DNA from: Bradyrhizobium sp.
Lineage (GTDB): Bacteria > Pseudomonadota > Alphaproteobacteria > Rhizobiales > Xanthobacteraceae
Length of the DNA stretch: 64,000 nt
Assembly: GCA_052143915.1 (NCBI GenBank)
Contig: JBKQRS010000288.1
Span: forward strand, 405-64,404
Reading direction: 5' to 3'
The translations under genes were made by a program, and so were the position numbers. Below are positions 10,012-18,835 of this stretch, piece by piece; within the stretch, counting starts at the first letter, position 1, and each line of letters starts with the position of its first letter. Under the pieces are notes generated by a model. That model saw only the letters and a program-made list of their open reading frames with translations, did not search any database and had not been told where the DNA came from.

Positions 10012-11238
10012 TCAGGACCGCCAGACCGGCGCGCTCTTGGCGATGTCCTTCGGCCAGACGGTGACGATGTCCTTGCCGCGCCACTGCACCATCAGCGGCA
10101 CCGAAAGCACGTTCAATCCGGTCTGGTCGAACTGGACCGCGCCGCCGGTCATGCCGTTGATCCAGCCGCCGGTGAATCTGGCGCCGCGAAGCGCTGCAGC
10201 AACGTCCTCGGCCTTGGCTGATTTTGCCTTCCTGATGGCCTGCACCAGCACCTCAAGGCAGACGGCGTGCTCGAGCGCTTCATGCACCATGAAATATCCG
10301 AAACGCTTGCGGAAGCGTCCGGTCAGCTCCGGCGCGAGATCGTAGTTCGAGGTGTCGATCGAAAGCACGTTTTCGGCGAATTCGCCGAGACCCTTTTCGA
10401 AATCCGGAATGACGTATCCGGCCGCGCCGCCGATCGCCGGAATGGTGAGCTTCTGCTGGCGCATGGTGCGGATGATCAGGAGGCTGTCGTTCAGATAGGA
10501 GACCGGGAACACGGCTTGCGCCCCTGATCCGCGCAACTTGTTGATCAGCGGCGTCGTGTCGGTGATCCCCAGCGGATAGGCGTCATCCATGACGACCTCG
10601 ACATTGGCCGCCTTCGCGCCTGCGCGCAGGCCGTTCGCCTGCGCGGTGCCATAGGCCGTGTCCTCATACATGATGGCGATCTTTTCGATTTTTGCGCCCG
10701 CGGCTCGCGCGATCGCCGCGGTATACTCGAACTGCGCCTTGCCGATCACGGAGGCCTTGGCGACCACCTGAAAGATGTTCTTGTAGCCGCGCCCGGTGAT
10801 CTGGTCGGCGAACGACATGGTCAGAAGCGGAATGTCGCGCCGCTCCGTGACTTCCGAGATCGCAATCGTCAGCGAAGAGACAAAAGCTCCCAGCACGGCC
10901 GCCATGTCCTGCTGGGTGATGAGCCTTTGGGCCACCGTGCCGGCCGTGGTGGGTGTCGAGGTCGCATCCGCCACGATTAGATTGATTTTCGCGCCGCCGA
11001 GCTCGGCGATGCCGCCGGCCGCATTGATTTCATCAGCGACGAGCTCGATGCCGTTGCGCGAATTGATGCCGAACTGGGCATTCGGCCCCGACAGCGGCAT
11101 GATGACGCCGACATTGACTGGCGGAGCCTCCGCGTGCGCCGAAGAAAGGACGAAGGGCGCTGCCAGAAACGCGGCGGTCCCGGAAAGCAGCACCCGGCGA
11201 TTGACGCCTGCGATATCAGGTGAATTGTGCTTCGACAT
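10012..11238 (-). CDS. ABC substrate-binding protein (LivJ/K family), Tat-like signal
   Basis: NRRVLL leader, VGVIMPLSG, EINAAGG. Confidence 0.9.
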   Translation of the reverse strand: MSKHNSPDIAGVNRRVLLSGTAAFLAAPFVLSSAHAEAPPVNVGVIMPLSGPNAQFGINSRNGIELVADEINAAGGIAELGGAKINLIVADATSTPTTAGTVAQRLITQQDMAAVLGAFVSSLTIAISEVTERRDIPLLTMSFADQITGRGYKNIFQVVAKASVIGKAQFEYTAAIARAAGAKIEKIAIMYEDTAYGTAQANGLRAGAKAANVEVVMDDAYPLGITDTTPLINKLRGSGAQAVFPVSYLNDSLLIIRTMRQQKLTIPAIGGAAGYVIPDFEKGLGEFAENVLSIDTSNYDLAPELTGRFRKRFGYFMVHEALEHAVCLEVLVQAIRKAKSAKAEDVAAALRGARFTGGWINGMTGGAVQFDQTGLNVLSVPLMVQWRGKDIVTVWPKDIAKSAPVWRS

Positions 11239-11337
11239 CGCGTTCCCCCCAAGTTTCTTGATCTTTATGAGTGGGGCTCACCTTGCCGCACGGCAAAGGC
11301 TGCGTCTACCGCAACCTGAGCAATGCTGCCGGGATCA

Positions 11338-12411
11338 TCAGGCCGGCTTGTCGTCGGAGGCCAGGATTTCCACGATCGCCTGACCGGTCGCCGCCGTTCC
11401 GAGATGGCCGCCGACGTCCCTGGTCGCCCTGCCACCCTGGATCGCGGCCGCCACCGCATTTTCGATGGCGCGGGCCGCCTGATCGAACCGCGCGGCGCCC
11501 GCGCGCTCGCCATGCCAGGCCAAGAGCAGCGCCATCGACAGGATCAGGGAGAACGGGTTGGCAATGTCGCGCCCGGCAATATCGGGCGCGGAGCCGTGCG
11601 CAGCCTGTGCCATGGCGTGGCCGGCGCCGACATTGAGCGAACCGCCGAGGCCGAGGCTGCCCGAGAGTTCGGCGGTCAAGTCGGAGAGAATATCTCCGAA
11701 CATGTTGGTCGCCACGATGACGTCGAACCGGTCCGGCTGGCGCACCACATGCGCCATCATGGCGTCGACCAGGATGTCGTCCACCGCAAGGCCAGGGTAA
11801 GCGCGCGCCGTCTCGCGGCAAATATCAAGGAACATGCCGTCGCCGATCTTCAGAACGTTGGCCTTGTGAACGATGGTGAGGCGCCTGTTCCGGCGCATCG
11901 CAAGCTGACACGCCGCTTTGGCAATTCGCTCGCAGCAGTGCCGCGTGATGCGGCGGAGCGAGATGGCGACATCCGGAGTGACGAGCAGTTCGCCGTTACC
12001 CTGCTCCATGTTGCGATCGGCGTAGAATCCTTCCGTGTTCTCCCGCACCACCACAAGATCAAAAGCGCCGAACCGGTTGTGCAATCCCGGATAGGTTCGC
12101 GCCGGCCGCACGTTCGCAAACAGATCCAGATTCTTCCGGAAGAATTTGGACGGATTGATTTCCCCGCTTTGCTCGTCCTTGAAGTCAAAGGTGGCGGTGG
12201 GGCCGAGGATCAGGCCGTCCGCGGCCCGCACGGTCTCCAAGAGCCCCGGCCGAACGGTGGCGCCGAATTGCCGCAGGCCTTCATGCCCAACCGGGTGCTC
12301 CTCGATCTCCACTTTCAGCTGGAAACGCTCGGACGCGGCCCGCAGCACAGCGGTTGTCGCAGCAGCGATCTCCGGCCCGATCCCGTCGCCCGGCAAAACG
12401 ACAATTCGCAT
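11338..12411 (-). CDS. Isocitrate/isopropylmalate/tartrate dehydrogenase family protein
   Basis: PGDGIGPE, RENTEG, HKANV, NMFGDILSD, HGSAPDIAG. Confidence 0.9.
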   Translation of the reverse strand: MRIVVLPGDGIGPEIAAATTAVLRAASERFQLKVEIEEHPVGHEGLRQFGATVRPGLLETVRAADGLILGPTATFDFKDEQSGEINPSKFFRKNLDLFANVRPARTYPGLHNRFGAFDLVVVRENTEGFYADRNMEQGNGELLVTPDVAISLRRITRHCCERIAKAACQLAMRRNRRLTIVHKANVLKIGDGMFLDICRETARAYPGLAVDDILVDAMMAHVVRQPDRFDVIVATNMFGDILSDLTAELSGSLGLGGSLNVGAGHAMAQAAHGSAPDIAGRDIANPFSLILSMALLLAWHGERAGAARFDQAARAIENAVAAAIQGGRATRDVGGHLGTAATGQAIVEILASDDKPA

Positions 12412-12645
12412 GATGAATTCCTCAAGGCCCCAGGAAAGCGGTCACCGGCAAGATGACCGTCGCGATACGCCCGCGCCGCCGCAGGTGGCAGCAGGTCGGC
12501 TCGCGGCAATAGCGCAAAAAAAGCGGCCTCCCAAGCGGAATTATGCCGCTTCGCAAACGCGGATTATTGATTTGAACTGTTCCAGCTTCCGGTCCAAATT
12601 CCCCGCGAAATTCAATCGATGGATTGGATTAAACAGGGGATCGCG

Positions 12646-13095
12646 ATGGCAAACCTCACAATCAATGGAAAATCGTTCGACATAGATGTCGAGCCGGATA
12701 CGCCGCTTCTTTGGGCGATTCGGGAAAATATCGGCCTGACCGGCACGAAATACGGATGCGGCATTGCACAATGCGGGGCCTGCACCGTCCACGTCGACGG
12801 GGTCGCGATGCGCTCGTGCGGCATGCTGGTCAGCGAAGCCGTTGGCAAGAAAATCACAACCATCGAGGGACTGGCCGACAACGGCGCCTTGCACAAGGTG
12901 CAACAGGCCTGGATCGCCAACGACGTGCCACAATGCGGATATTGCCAGAGCGGAATGATCATGGCGGTAGCGGCGCTGCTCAAGGACAAGCCGAAGCCGA
13001 CCGACCAGGACATCGATGAAGCCATCACCAATATCTGCCGTTGCGGCACCTTCCAGCAGGTGCGCGAGGCCATTCACGCCGTCGCGAACGCTTGA
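12646..13095 (+). CDS. (2Fe-2S) small subunit of a molybdenum hydroxylase (IorA-like)
   Basis: [23 protein letters not shown]. Confidence 0.9.
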   Translation: MANLTINGKSFDIDVEPDTPLLWAIRENIGLTGTKYGCGIAQCGACTVHVDGVAMRSCGMLVSEAVGKKITTIEGLADNGALHKVQQAWIANDVPQCGYCQSGMIMAVAALLKDKPKPTDQDIDEAITNICRCGTFQQVREAIHAVANA

Positions 13096-13105
13096 GGAGG
13101 TCACC

Positions 13106-15286
13106 ATGAATCATATGCCCACACTCAACCGCCGCGCCTTCGTCATCGGCAGCGCCGCGATCGGCTCCGGCCTCGCGCTTGGCCTCGATATTCCCTTTGG
13201 CGGCCCGACCGTGGTGCGCGCCGCCGACGGCGCGCCCGAGGTCAACGCCTGGGTCGTGATCCGGCCCGACGACACCGTCGTTATCCGCATTGCCCGATCG
13301 GAAATGGGCCAGGGGACGCTGACCGGCCTCGCCCAGCTGGTCGCCGAAGAACTCGAATGCGACTGGACGAAGGTCACGACCGAATATCCGACACCGGGAC
13401 AGAGCGTGGCCCGCAAACGCGCCTGGGGCGACTTCTCGACCGGAGGCAGCCGCGGCATCCGAGCCTCGACCGACTATGTGCGCAAGGGCGGCGCCACCGC
13501 GCGCGTCATGCTGATCCAGGCCGCCGCGAACGATTGGAAGGTACCGGTTTCGGAATGCACCGTCGCCAATAGCGTCATCACCCACACGCCCTCGGGGCGC
13601 AAGACGAGCTACGGCAAGGTGGCGGAAGCCGCCGCGAAGCTTGAGCCGCCGGCCGACGTCAAGCTGAAGGATCCGAAGGACTGGAAACTGATCGGCAAAG
13701 GCGTCAAGCGGCTCGATACGGCCGACAAGACCACCGGCAAGATGACCTACGGCATCGACATCAAGCTGCCGGGAATGCTCAATGCCGCGATCAAGGCCTG
13801 CCCGGTGTTCGGCGGCAAGGTGAAGAGCTTCGACGAAGCCAAGATCACCGGCATGAAGGGCGTCAAGAAGGTGGTGAAGGTCGGCGACAGTGCGATGGCC
13901 GTCGTCGCCGACACCTGGTGGCACGCCAAGACCGCGCTCGATGCCTTGCCGATCGTCTGGGACGAAGGCGACAACGCCAAGGTCACCAGCGCATCGATTG
14001 CGAAGTGGCTCGAGGAAGGCTTCGACCCATCGCAGCCCGCCTATGTCGGCAACGAGAATGGCGACGCCAAGGCGGCGCTCGCCGGAGCGGCCAAGAAGAT
14101 CGAGGCGGTCTATAACTATCCCTACCAGAATCACGCCACGATGGAGCCGATGAACGCCACCGCACTCTATACCGCAGACAAATGCGAGGTCTGGTGCGGC
14201 ACCCAGAACGGCGAAGCTGCCTTCGCCGCGACAGTCGAAGTATCCGGACTGTCGGCCGACAAATGCGACGTTCACAAGCAGATGCTCGGCGGCGGCTTCG
14301 GCCGTCGCGGCCAGACCGACTACGTCCGGCAGGCGGTTGCCATCGCCAAGCAAATGCCGGGCACCCCGATCAAGCTGTTGTGGTCGCGCGAAGAGGACAT
14401 GCAGCACGGCGCATACCACCCGGTCACGCAATGCAAGATGACCGGCGCCTTCGATGCCGACAACAATCTGACCGCGTTGCAAGTGCGGATATCCGGGCAG
14501 TCGATTCTGTTCAGCCTGCGCCCGGCGGCCCTCGTCAACGGCAAGGATCCGGTCGCATTCCAGGGCCTCAACGCGACCGGCGAGGCCGCGATCGGATATT
14601 CCTTTCCCAACCTCCTGATCGAGCATTCGATGCGCAATCCCCACGTCCCGCCGGGTTTCTGGCGCGGCGTCAACGTCAACCACAATGCGATCTACCTCGA
14701 ATGTTTCATGGACGAACTGGCGCATGCGGTCGGCGAGGATCCGGTCGAGTTCCGGCGCAAGCTGATGGGCAAGAATCCGAAGCACCTTGCCGTGCTCAAC
14801 GCCGTGGCCGAGAAGATCGGCTGGGGAACGCCGGCGCCGCAGGGCGTCTATCGCGGCATCGCGCAGCATATGGGTTATGGCAGTTATGTTGCGGGTGCCG
14901 CGGAGATATCGGTCACCGACGGCAACAAGATCAAGATACACCGCATTGTTGCCGCCACCGATCCCGGTTATGCGGTCAATCCGGCGCAGATCGAGCGGCA
15001 AATTGCCGGTTCGTTTGTCTACGGCCTCTCCGGACTGTTCTACGGCGGTTGCACCGTCAAGGACGGCCGCATCGAACAATCAAATTTCGACAACTACAAT
15101 TCGATGCGGATTTCCGAAATGCCGAAGGTGGAATCGATCATCATGCCGAGCGGCGGCTTCTGGGGCGGCGTCGGCGAGCCGACGATCTGTGTCGCAGCAC
15201 CGGCCGTGCTGAACGCCTATTTCGCGGCCACCGGAAAGCGAATCCGCTCGGTACCGCTGAGGGATCAAAACATCACCTTTGCCTGA
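13106..15286 (+). CDS. Molybdopterin-binding large subunit (isoquinoline 1-oxidoreductase beta, IorB-like), twin-arginine leader
   Basis: LNRRAF, RSEMGQG, GGGFGRRG, GFWRGV, GGVGEP; RBS gaggagg. Confidence 0.9.
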   Translation: MNHMPTLNRRAFVIGSAAIGSGLALGLDIPFGGPTVVRAADGAPEVNAWVVIRPDDTVVIRIARSEMGQGTLTGLAQLVAEELECDWTKVTTEYPTPGQSVARKRAWGDFSTGGSRGIRASTDYVRKGGATARVMLIQAAANDWKVPVSECTVANSVITHTPSGRKTSYGKVAEAAAKLEPPADVKLKDPKDWKLIGKGVKRLDTADKTTGKMTYGIDIKLPGMLNAAIKACPVFGGKVKSFDEAKITGMKGVKKVVKVGDSAMAVVADTWWHAKTALDALPIVWDEGDNAKVTSASIAKWLEEGFDPSQPAYVGNENGDAKAALAGAAKKIEAVYNYPYQNHATMEPMNATALYTADKCEVWCGTQNGEAAFAATVEVSGLSADKCDVHKQMLGGGFGRRGQTDYVRQAVAIAKQMPGTPIKLLWSREEDMQHGAYHPVTQCKMTGAFDADNNLTALQVRISGQSILFSLRPAALVNGKDPVAFQGLNATGEAAIGYSFPNLLIEHSMRNPHVPPGFWRGVNVNHNAIYLECFMDELAHAVGEDPVEFRRKLMGKNPKHLAVLNAVAEKIGWGTPAPQGVYRGIAQHMGYGSYVAGAAEISVTDGNKIKIHRIVAATDPGYAVNPAQIERQIAGSFVYGLSGLFYGGCTVKDGRIEQSNFDNYNSMRISEMPKVESIIMPSGGFWGGVGEPTICVAAPAVLNAYFAATGKRIRSVPLRDQNITFA

Positions 15287-15339
15287 ACCCTGAAGCGGCG
15301 GCCTCGATGGCCGCCGCACCATCTTTCTGGATAATGCTC

Positions 15340-16620
15340 ATGGACGCGCTGCGCCTGATGACGCGGAGAAACGTCGTTCGTGGCATCGCGACGACGGCGG
15401 CCTCGTTTGCCTTCCCATGTCCGTCCCACGCGCAATCGGTCGCGCGCATCGTCGTGATCGGCGGCGGCTTTGGCGGCGCGGCTTGCGCGCGCGCCTTGCG
15501 AAAGACCAACGGCAAACTGCAGGTGACGCTGGTTGAGCCGAACCGGACCTTCACCGCCTGTCCGTTCAGCAACGAGGTGATCGCGGGCTTGCGGGATATC
15601 GAAGCGCAGCAATTCAGCTATGACAGGATCGCCGCCAATGGCGTGACGGTCATTGCCCAGGCAGCCATCAAAGTAGATCCGCAAACGCGGATGGTCGGTC
15701 TCGCCGACGGAACGTCGCTCGCCTACGACCGTCTCGTGCTCGCACCCGGCATCGACCTGCGATTCGACGCGTTACCCGGCTACGACGAGACAGTCACTGC
15801 AAAAATGCCGCATGCCTGGAAGGCCGGCGAGCAGACCCTTCTGCTGCGCCGGCAACTCGAGGCCATGGACGACGGCGGCCTTGTTGCGCTTGCGGTGCCC
15901 GCGGCGCCCTTGCGATGTCCGCCCGCGCCGTATGAACGTGCGAGCCTGATCGCCCATTACCTGAAGGCCAGGAAGCCGCGCTCCAAGGTGCTCATTCTCG
16001 ACGCCAAGGATGCCTTCCCGCAGCAGCGGCTGTTCGAGAATGCCTGGAAGGAACTGTATCCCGGCATGATCGAGCGGATATCGCTATCGCAGGGCGGCAG
16101 GGTCGTTTCGGTCGAGCCTGCGACCAACACGCTCGTCACCGATTTCGGCAATTACGACGCGCAGGTCGCAAACGTCATCCCGCCGCAGAAGGCCGGCCGC
16201 ATCGCTGCCATCGCGGGCGCGGTTGACAACACCGGCTGGTGTCCGATCGACCCGGTCACCTTTGCCTCGAAGCTCGTACCCAATATTCATGTCATCGGCG
16301 ACGCCTGCATCGGTGGCGGCATCCCGAAATCGGCCTCGGCCGCGAACGCCGAAGCGAAGGCATGCGCCAGTGCGGTGGCCAACCTGATCGCCGGCGAGCG
16401 TCCTGCAACGCCGAAGCTGGATGGCACCTGCTACAACACCGTCGCGCCCGGCTATGCCTTCTCGCTGTCGGGCATCTATCAGCCGAAGGATGACATTTTC
16501 GCCGAGGTTGAAGGCAGCGGCTTCACAAGTCCGCCCGATGCGCCGCGCGAGGTGCGGATGCGAGAGGCCGACCAAGCGCAGTCCTGGTACAAAGCGATCA
16601 CGGTGGAAACCTTTGGCTAG
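15340..16620 (+). CDS. soxF: Flavocytochrome c sulfide dehydrogenase flavoprotein (FccB/SoxF-like)
   Basis: TRRN Tat leader, VIGGGFGG, CPFSN, RCPPAPYERA, TCY; start could be 15334, 15340 or 15358. Confidence 0.8.
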   Translation: MDALRLMTRRNVVRGIATTAASFAFPCPSHAQSVARIVVIGGGFGGAACARALRKTNGKLQVTLVEPNRTFTACPFSNEVIAGLRDIEAQQFSYDRIAANGVTVIAQAAIKVDPQTRMVGLADGTSLAYDRLVLAPGIDLRFDALPGYDETVTAKMPHAWKAGEQTLLLRRQLEAMDDGGLVALAVPAAPLRCPPAPYERASLIAHYLKARKPRSKVLILDAKDAFPQQRLFENAWKELYPGMIERISLSQGGRVVSVEPATNTLVTDFGNYDAQVANVIPPQKAGRIAAIAGAVDNTGWCPIDPVTFASKLVPNIHVIGDACIGGGIPKSASAANAEAKACASAVANLIAGERPATPKLDGTCYNTVAPGYAFSLSGIYQPKDDIFAEVEGSGFTSPPDAPREVRMREADQAQSWYKAITVETFG

Positions 16621-17071
16621 GTCAGCAATTGAAATTGTCGGTACGTGGCTGATAGCGGCGATGTTTGTGCTGCCCTGCGCTGCCGCCGGGCAAGAGTTGC
16701 GGCCTTACACCATTAGTGGCGATGCCATCACGGAATCGCTGACAGGTGGGCCCGGCGATGCGGCGCGGGGCCGCGCGCTTGTGCTGGAGCGCACCAGCAC
16801 CTGCATTCTTTGCCACAGCGGTCCGTTCCCGGAGGAAAAGTTCCAGGGCGATCTCGCCCCTAACCTCGCAGGCGCAGGCAGCCGCTGGTCCGAGGGCCAG
16901 CTTCGGCTTCGGCTGGTGAATGCGTCCCGCCTCAATCCGGCAACGATCATGCCGTCCTACTATCGCGTGGAGGGGCTGGAGCGCGTCGCCCCGGCGTGGC
17001 GCGGCAAGCCGATCCTGTCGGCCGGACAGATCGAGGATATAGTGGCGTATCTCGCTACGCTGCGGAAATAG
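16613..17071 (+). CDS. soxX: SoxX-like c-type cytochrome
   Basis: GDAARGR, CILCH heme motif, LRLRLVN…NPATIMP; probable TTG start overlapping the soxF stop. Confidence 0.8.
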   Translation: MARSAIEIVGTWLIAAMFVLPCAAAGQELRPYTISGDAITESLTGGPGDAARGRALVLERTSTCILCHSGPFPEEKFQGDLAPNLAGAGSRWSEGQLRLRLVNASRLNPATIMPSYYRVEGLERVAPAWRGKPILSAGQIEDIVAYLATLRK

Positions 17072-17176
17072 AGCATGATCCCTCGCGACAAACGCGGAGC
17101 ACGTTTGCGCGGAGATCATGCGCAAACCAAACGACAGAGCGGGATGGCAATTCGAAGAATAGCCATCCCGCTCTAG
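17069..17176 (+). repeat. RIME-like double-hairpin repeat (TAGAGCATGATCC… family)
   Basis: gcatgatc…gatcatgc and agagcgggatggc…gccatcccgctct inverted repeats; similar copy at 27878. Confidence 0.75.
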
Positions 17177-17188
17177 GAAGGCCCGAAG

Positions 17189-17668
17189 ATGCGAAGGTCA
17201 GAAACTTCGACACGCCGCAGGTTCCTCCGCCTCGCCGGCAGTGCAGCTGCGATCGGGGTAGTACCGATCGTCAGCTTGCGGCCGGCCGCAGCCACACCCG
17301 AGACCATGGCCGCCGCGATCCGGAATGTCGTGGGCAGTGCAGCGGTACGGACCGGCAAGGTCAAACTCGATGTGCCGCCGCTGGTGGAAAACGGCAACAC
17401 CGTGCCGATGACGGTAAGCGTCACCAGCCCGATGACCCCGGACGACTACGTCAAGAGCATCCACGTTTTCAACGAAAAGAACCCGCAGCCCAATATCGGC
17501 AATTTCTATCTCGGCGCGAGGTCCGGCCGCGCCCAGATCTCGACCCGTATCCGCCTTGCCGACAGCCAGAAGATCATCGCGATCGCGCGGCTTTCCGACG
17601 ACTCGTTCTGGTCCGTCAGCGCCGACGTCGTGGTGACGCTGGCGGCCTGCACCGAGGAGGTGATCTGA
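17189..17668 (+). CDS. SoxY paralogue with non-canonical C-terminal arm (VTLAACTEEVI; 'AACIE-arm' type)
   Basis: TRRRFL Tat leader, ENGNTVP, EKNPQP, STRIRLA; ends AACTE rather than GGCGG. Confidence 0.85.
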   Translation: MRRSETSTRRRFLRLAGSAAAIGVVPIVSLRPAAATPETMAAAIRNVVGSAAVRTGKVKLDVPPLVENGNTVPMTVSVTSPMTPDDYVKSIHVFNEKNPQPNIGNFYLGARSGRAQISTRIRLADSQKIIAIARLSDDSFWSVSADVVVTLAACTEEVI

Positions 17669-17989
17669 ATGGCCTCCGCACTGATCAACGTTCCCAAGAA
17701 GGCCAGGCGCGGCGAGATCATCGAGATCAAGACGCTGATGTCGCATATCATGGAGACCGGCTATCGCCACACCGCCGCGGGCCAAGTGATCCCGCGCGAC
17801 ATCATCACCAGTTTCACCTGCCGCTATAACGGCGTCGAGATCTTCCGCGCCGACCTGTTCCCGGCGATCGCGGCCAACCCGTTCATCACGTTCTTCACGG
17901 TTGCGACCGAAAGCGGGAAATTCGACTTCGAATGGATCGGCGACAACGGCTTTGCCGATTCCGCTTCGGCCACGATCTCGGTCGAATGA
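17669..17989 (+). CDS. soxZ: SoxZ-like carrier protein partner
   Basis: EIKTLMSHIMETGYR, IAANPF. Confidence 0.85.
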   Translation: MASALINVPKKARRGEIIEIKTLMSHIMETGYRHTAAGQVIPRDIITSFTCRYNGVEIFRADLFPAIAANPFITFFTVATESGKFDFEWIGDNGFADSASATISVE

Positions 17990-18777
17990 AATCTGCAGTT
18001 ACGATAGTTGTCGCGGCGCTGCTGATCGCGGCGGACATCGCCATCTCTTCCCTCGCCGCGGCCGAAATCCCACAAGCCGAGCGCCGGTCCGGTTACACCT
18101 TCATGACGCCGGATACAAAGGCGATCCAGGACGACGATACCGCCAATCCCGGCATGCTATGGGCGCTCGACGGCGAAGCCTTGTGGAACAGCAAGGCCGG
18201 TGCTGCGGGCAAGGCCTGCGCCGATTGCCACAATGACGCGCGCGCCAGCATGAAGGGCGTGGCGGCGCGCTACCCCGCCTACGACAAGGCGCTTGGACGC
18301 CCGGTCAATCTGGAACAGCGTATCAATCTGTGCCGCGCGCGGCACCAGGAAGCCACGCCATTCGCCTTTGAGAGCCGCGATCTGCTCGCGCTGACCGCCT
18401 TCGTCGCGGAACAATCACGCGGCGCGGCCATTGCACCCGACAGCACGCCGGAACTGCAACCGTTCGTCGCGAAGGGGCGCGACTTCTTCATGCGGCGACA
18501 GGGGCAGCTCAATCTCGGCTGCACCAATTGCCACGACGACAATTGGGACAAGCACCTCGCCGGATCCGCCGTAACGCAGGCGCTCCCGGCCGGCTATCCG
18601 ATCTACCGGCTGGAATGGCAATCGCTGGGATCGCTGCAGCGCCGCCTGCGCAACTGCATCACCGGCATGCGCGCCCAGAATTACGATTACGGCGCGCCGG
18701 AGCTGGTCGAGCTCGAGCTCTATTTGATGTCGCGCGCGCGGGGCATGCCTGTCGAAACGCCGGCGGTACGCCCGTGA
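17986..18777 (+). CDS. soxA: SoxA-like diheme cytochrome c (L-cysteine S-thiosulfotransferase type)
   Basis: Signal peptide, CADCH and CTNCH, EQRINLC, YRLEWQSLGSLQRRLRNC; ATGA overlap with soxZ. Confidence 0.85.
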   Translation: MKSAVTIVVAALLIAADIAISSLAAAEIPQAERRSGYTFMTPDTKAIQDDDTANPGMLWALDGEALWNSKAGAAGKACADCHNDARASMKGVAARYPAYDKALGRPVNLEQRINLCRARHQEATPFAFESRDLLALTAFVAEQSRGAAIAPDSTPELQPFVAKGRDFFMRRQGQLNLGCTNCHDDNWDKHLAGSAVTQALPAGYPIYRLEWQSLGSLQRRLRNCITGMRAQNYDYGAPELVELELYLMSRARGMPVETPAVRP

Positions 18778-18835
18778 GCTACGGCGAAGCACAGCAAGGT
18801 CTCGTGCTTTGGCCGTAACCAAATCATAAATAATT

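Noticed and set aside
13025-15079. 684-aa antisense ORF (similar ones at 24021-25247, 34820-36370, 38650-40320, 46885-48288, 50999-52309)
   Set aside because: Shadow ORFs opposite well-supported genes, typical of high-GC codon bias; no motifs.
14182-15339. 812-aa ORF suggesting a long N-terminal extension or fusion on FccB
   Set aside because: The extension overlaps iorB out of frame and is Arg/Pro-rich noise; the Tat leader places the real start near 15340.
12646-18777. Calling this a canonical thiosulfate-oxidising sox cluster
   Set aside because: No soxB, soxC or soxD in the window, and SoxY lacks GGCGG.
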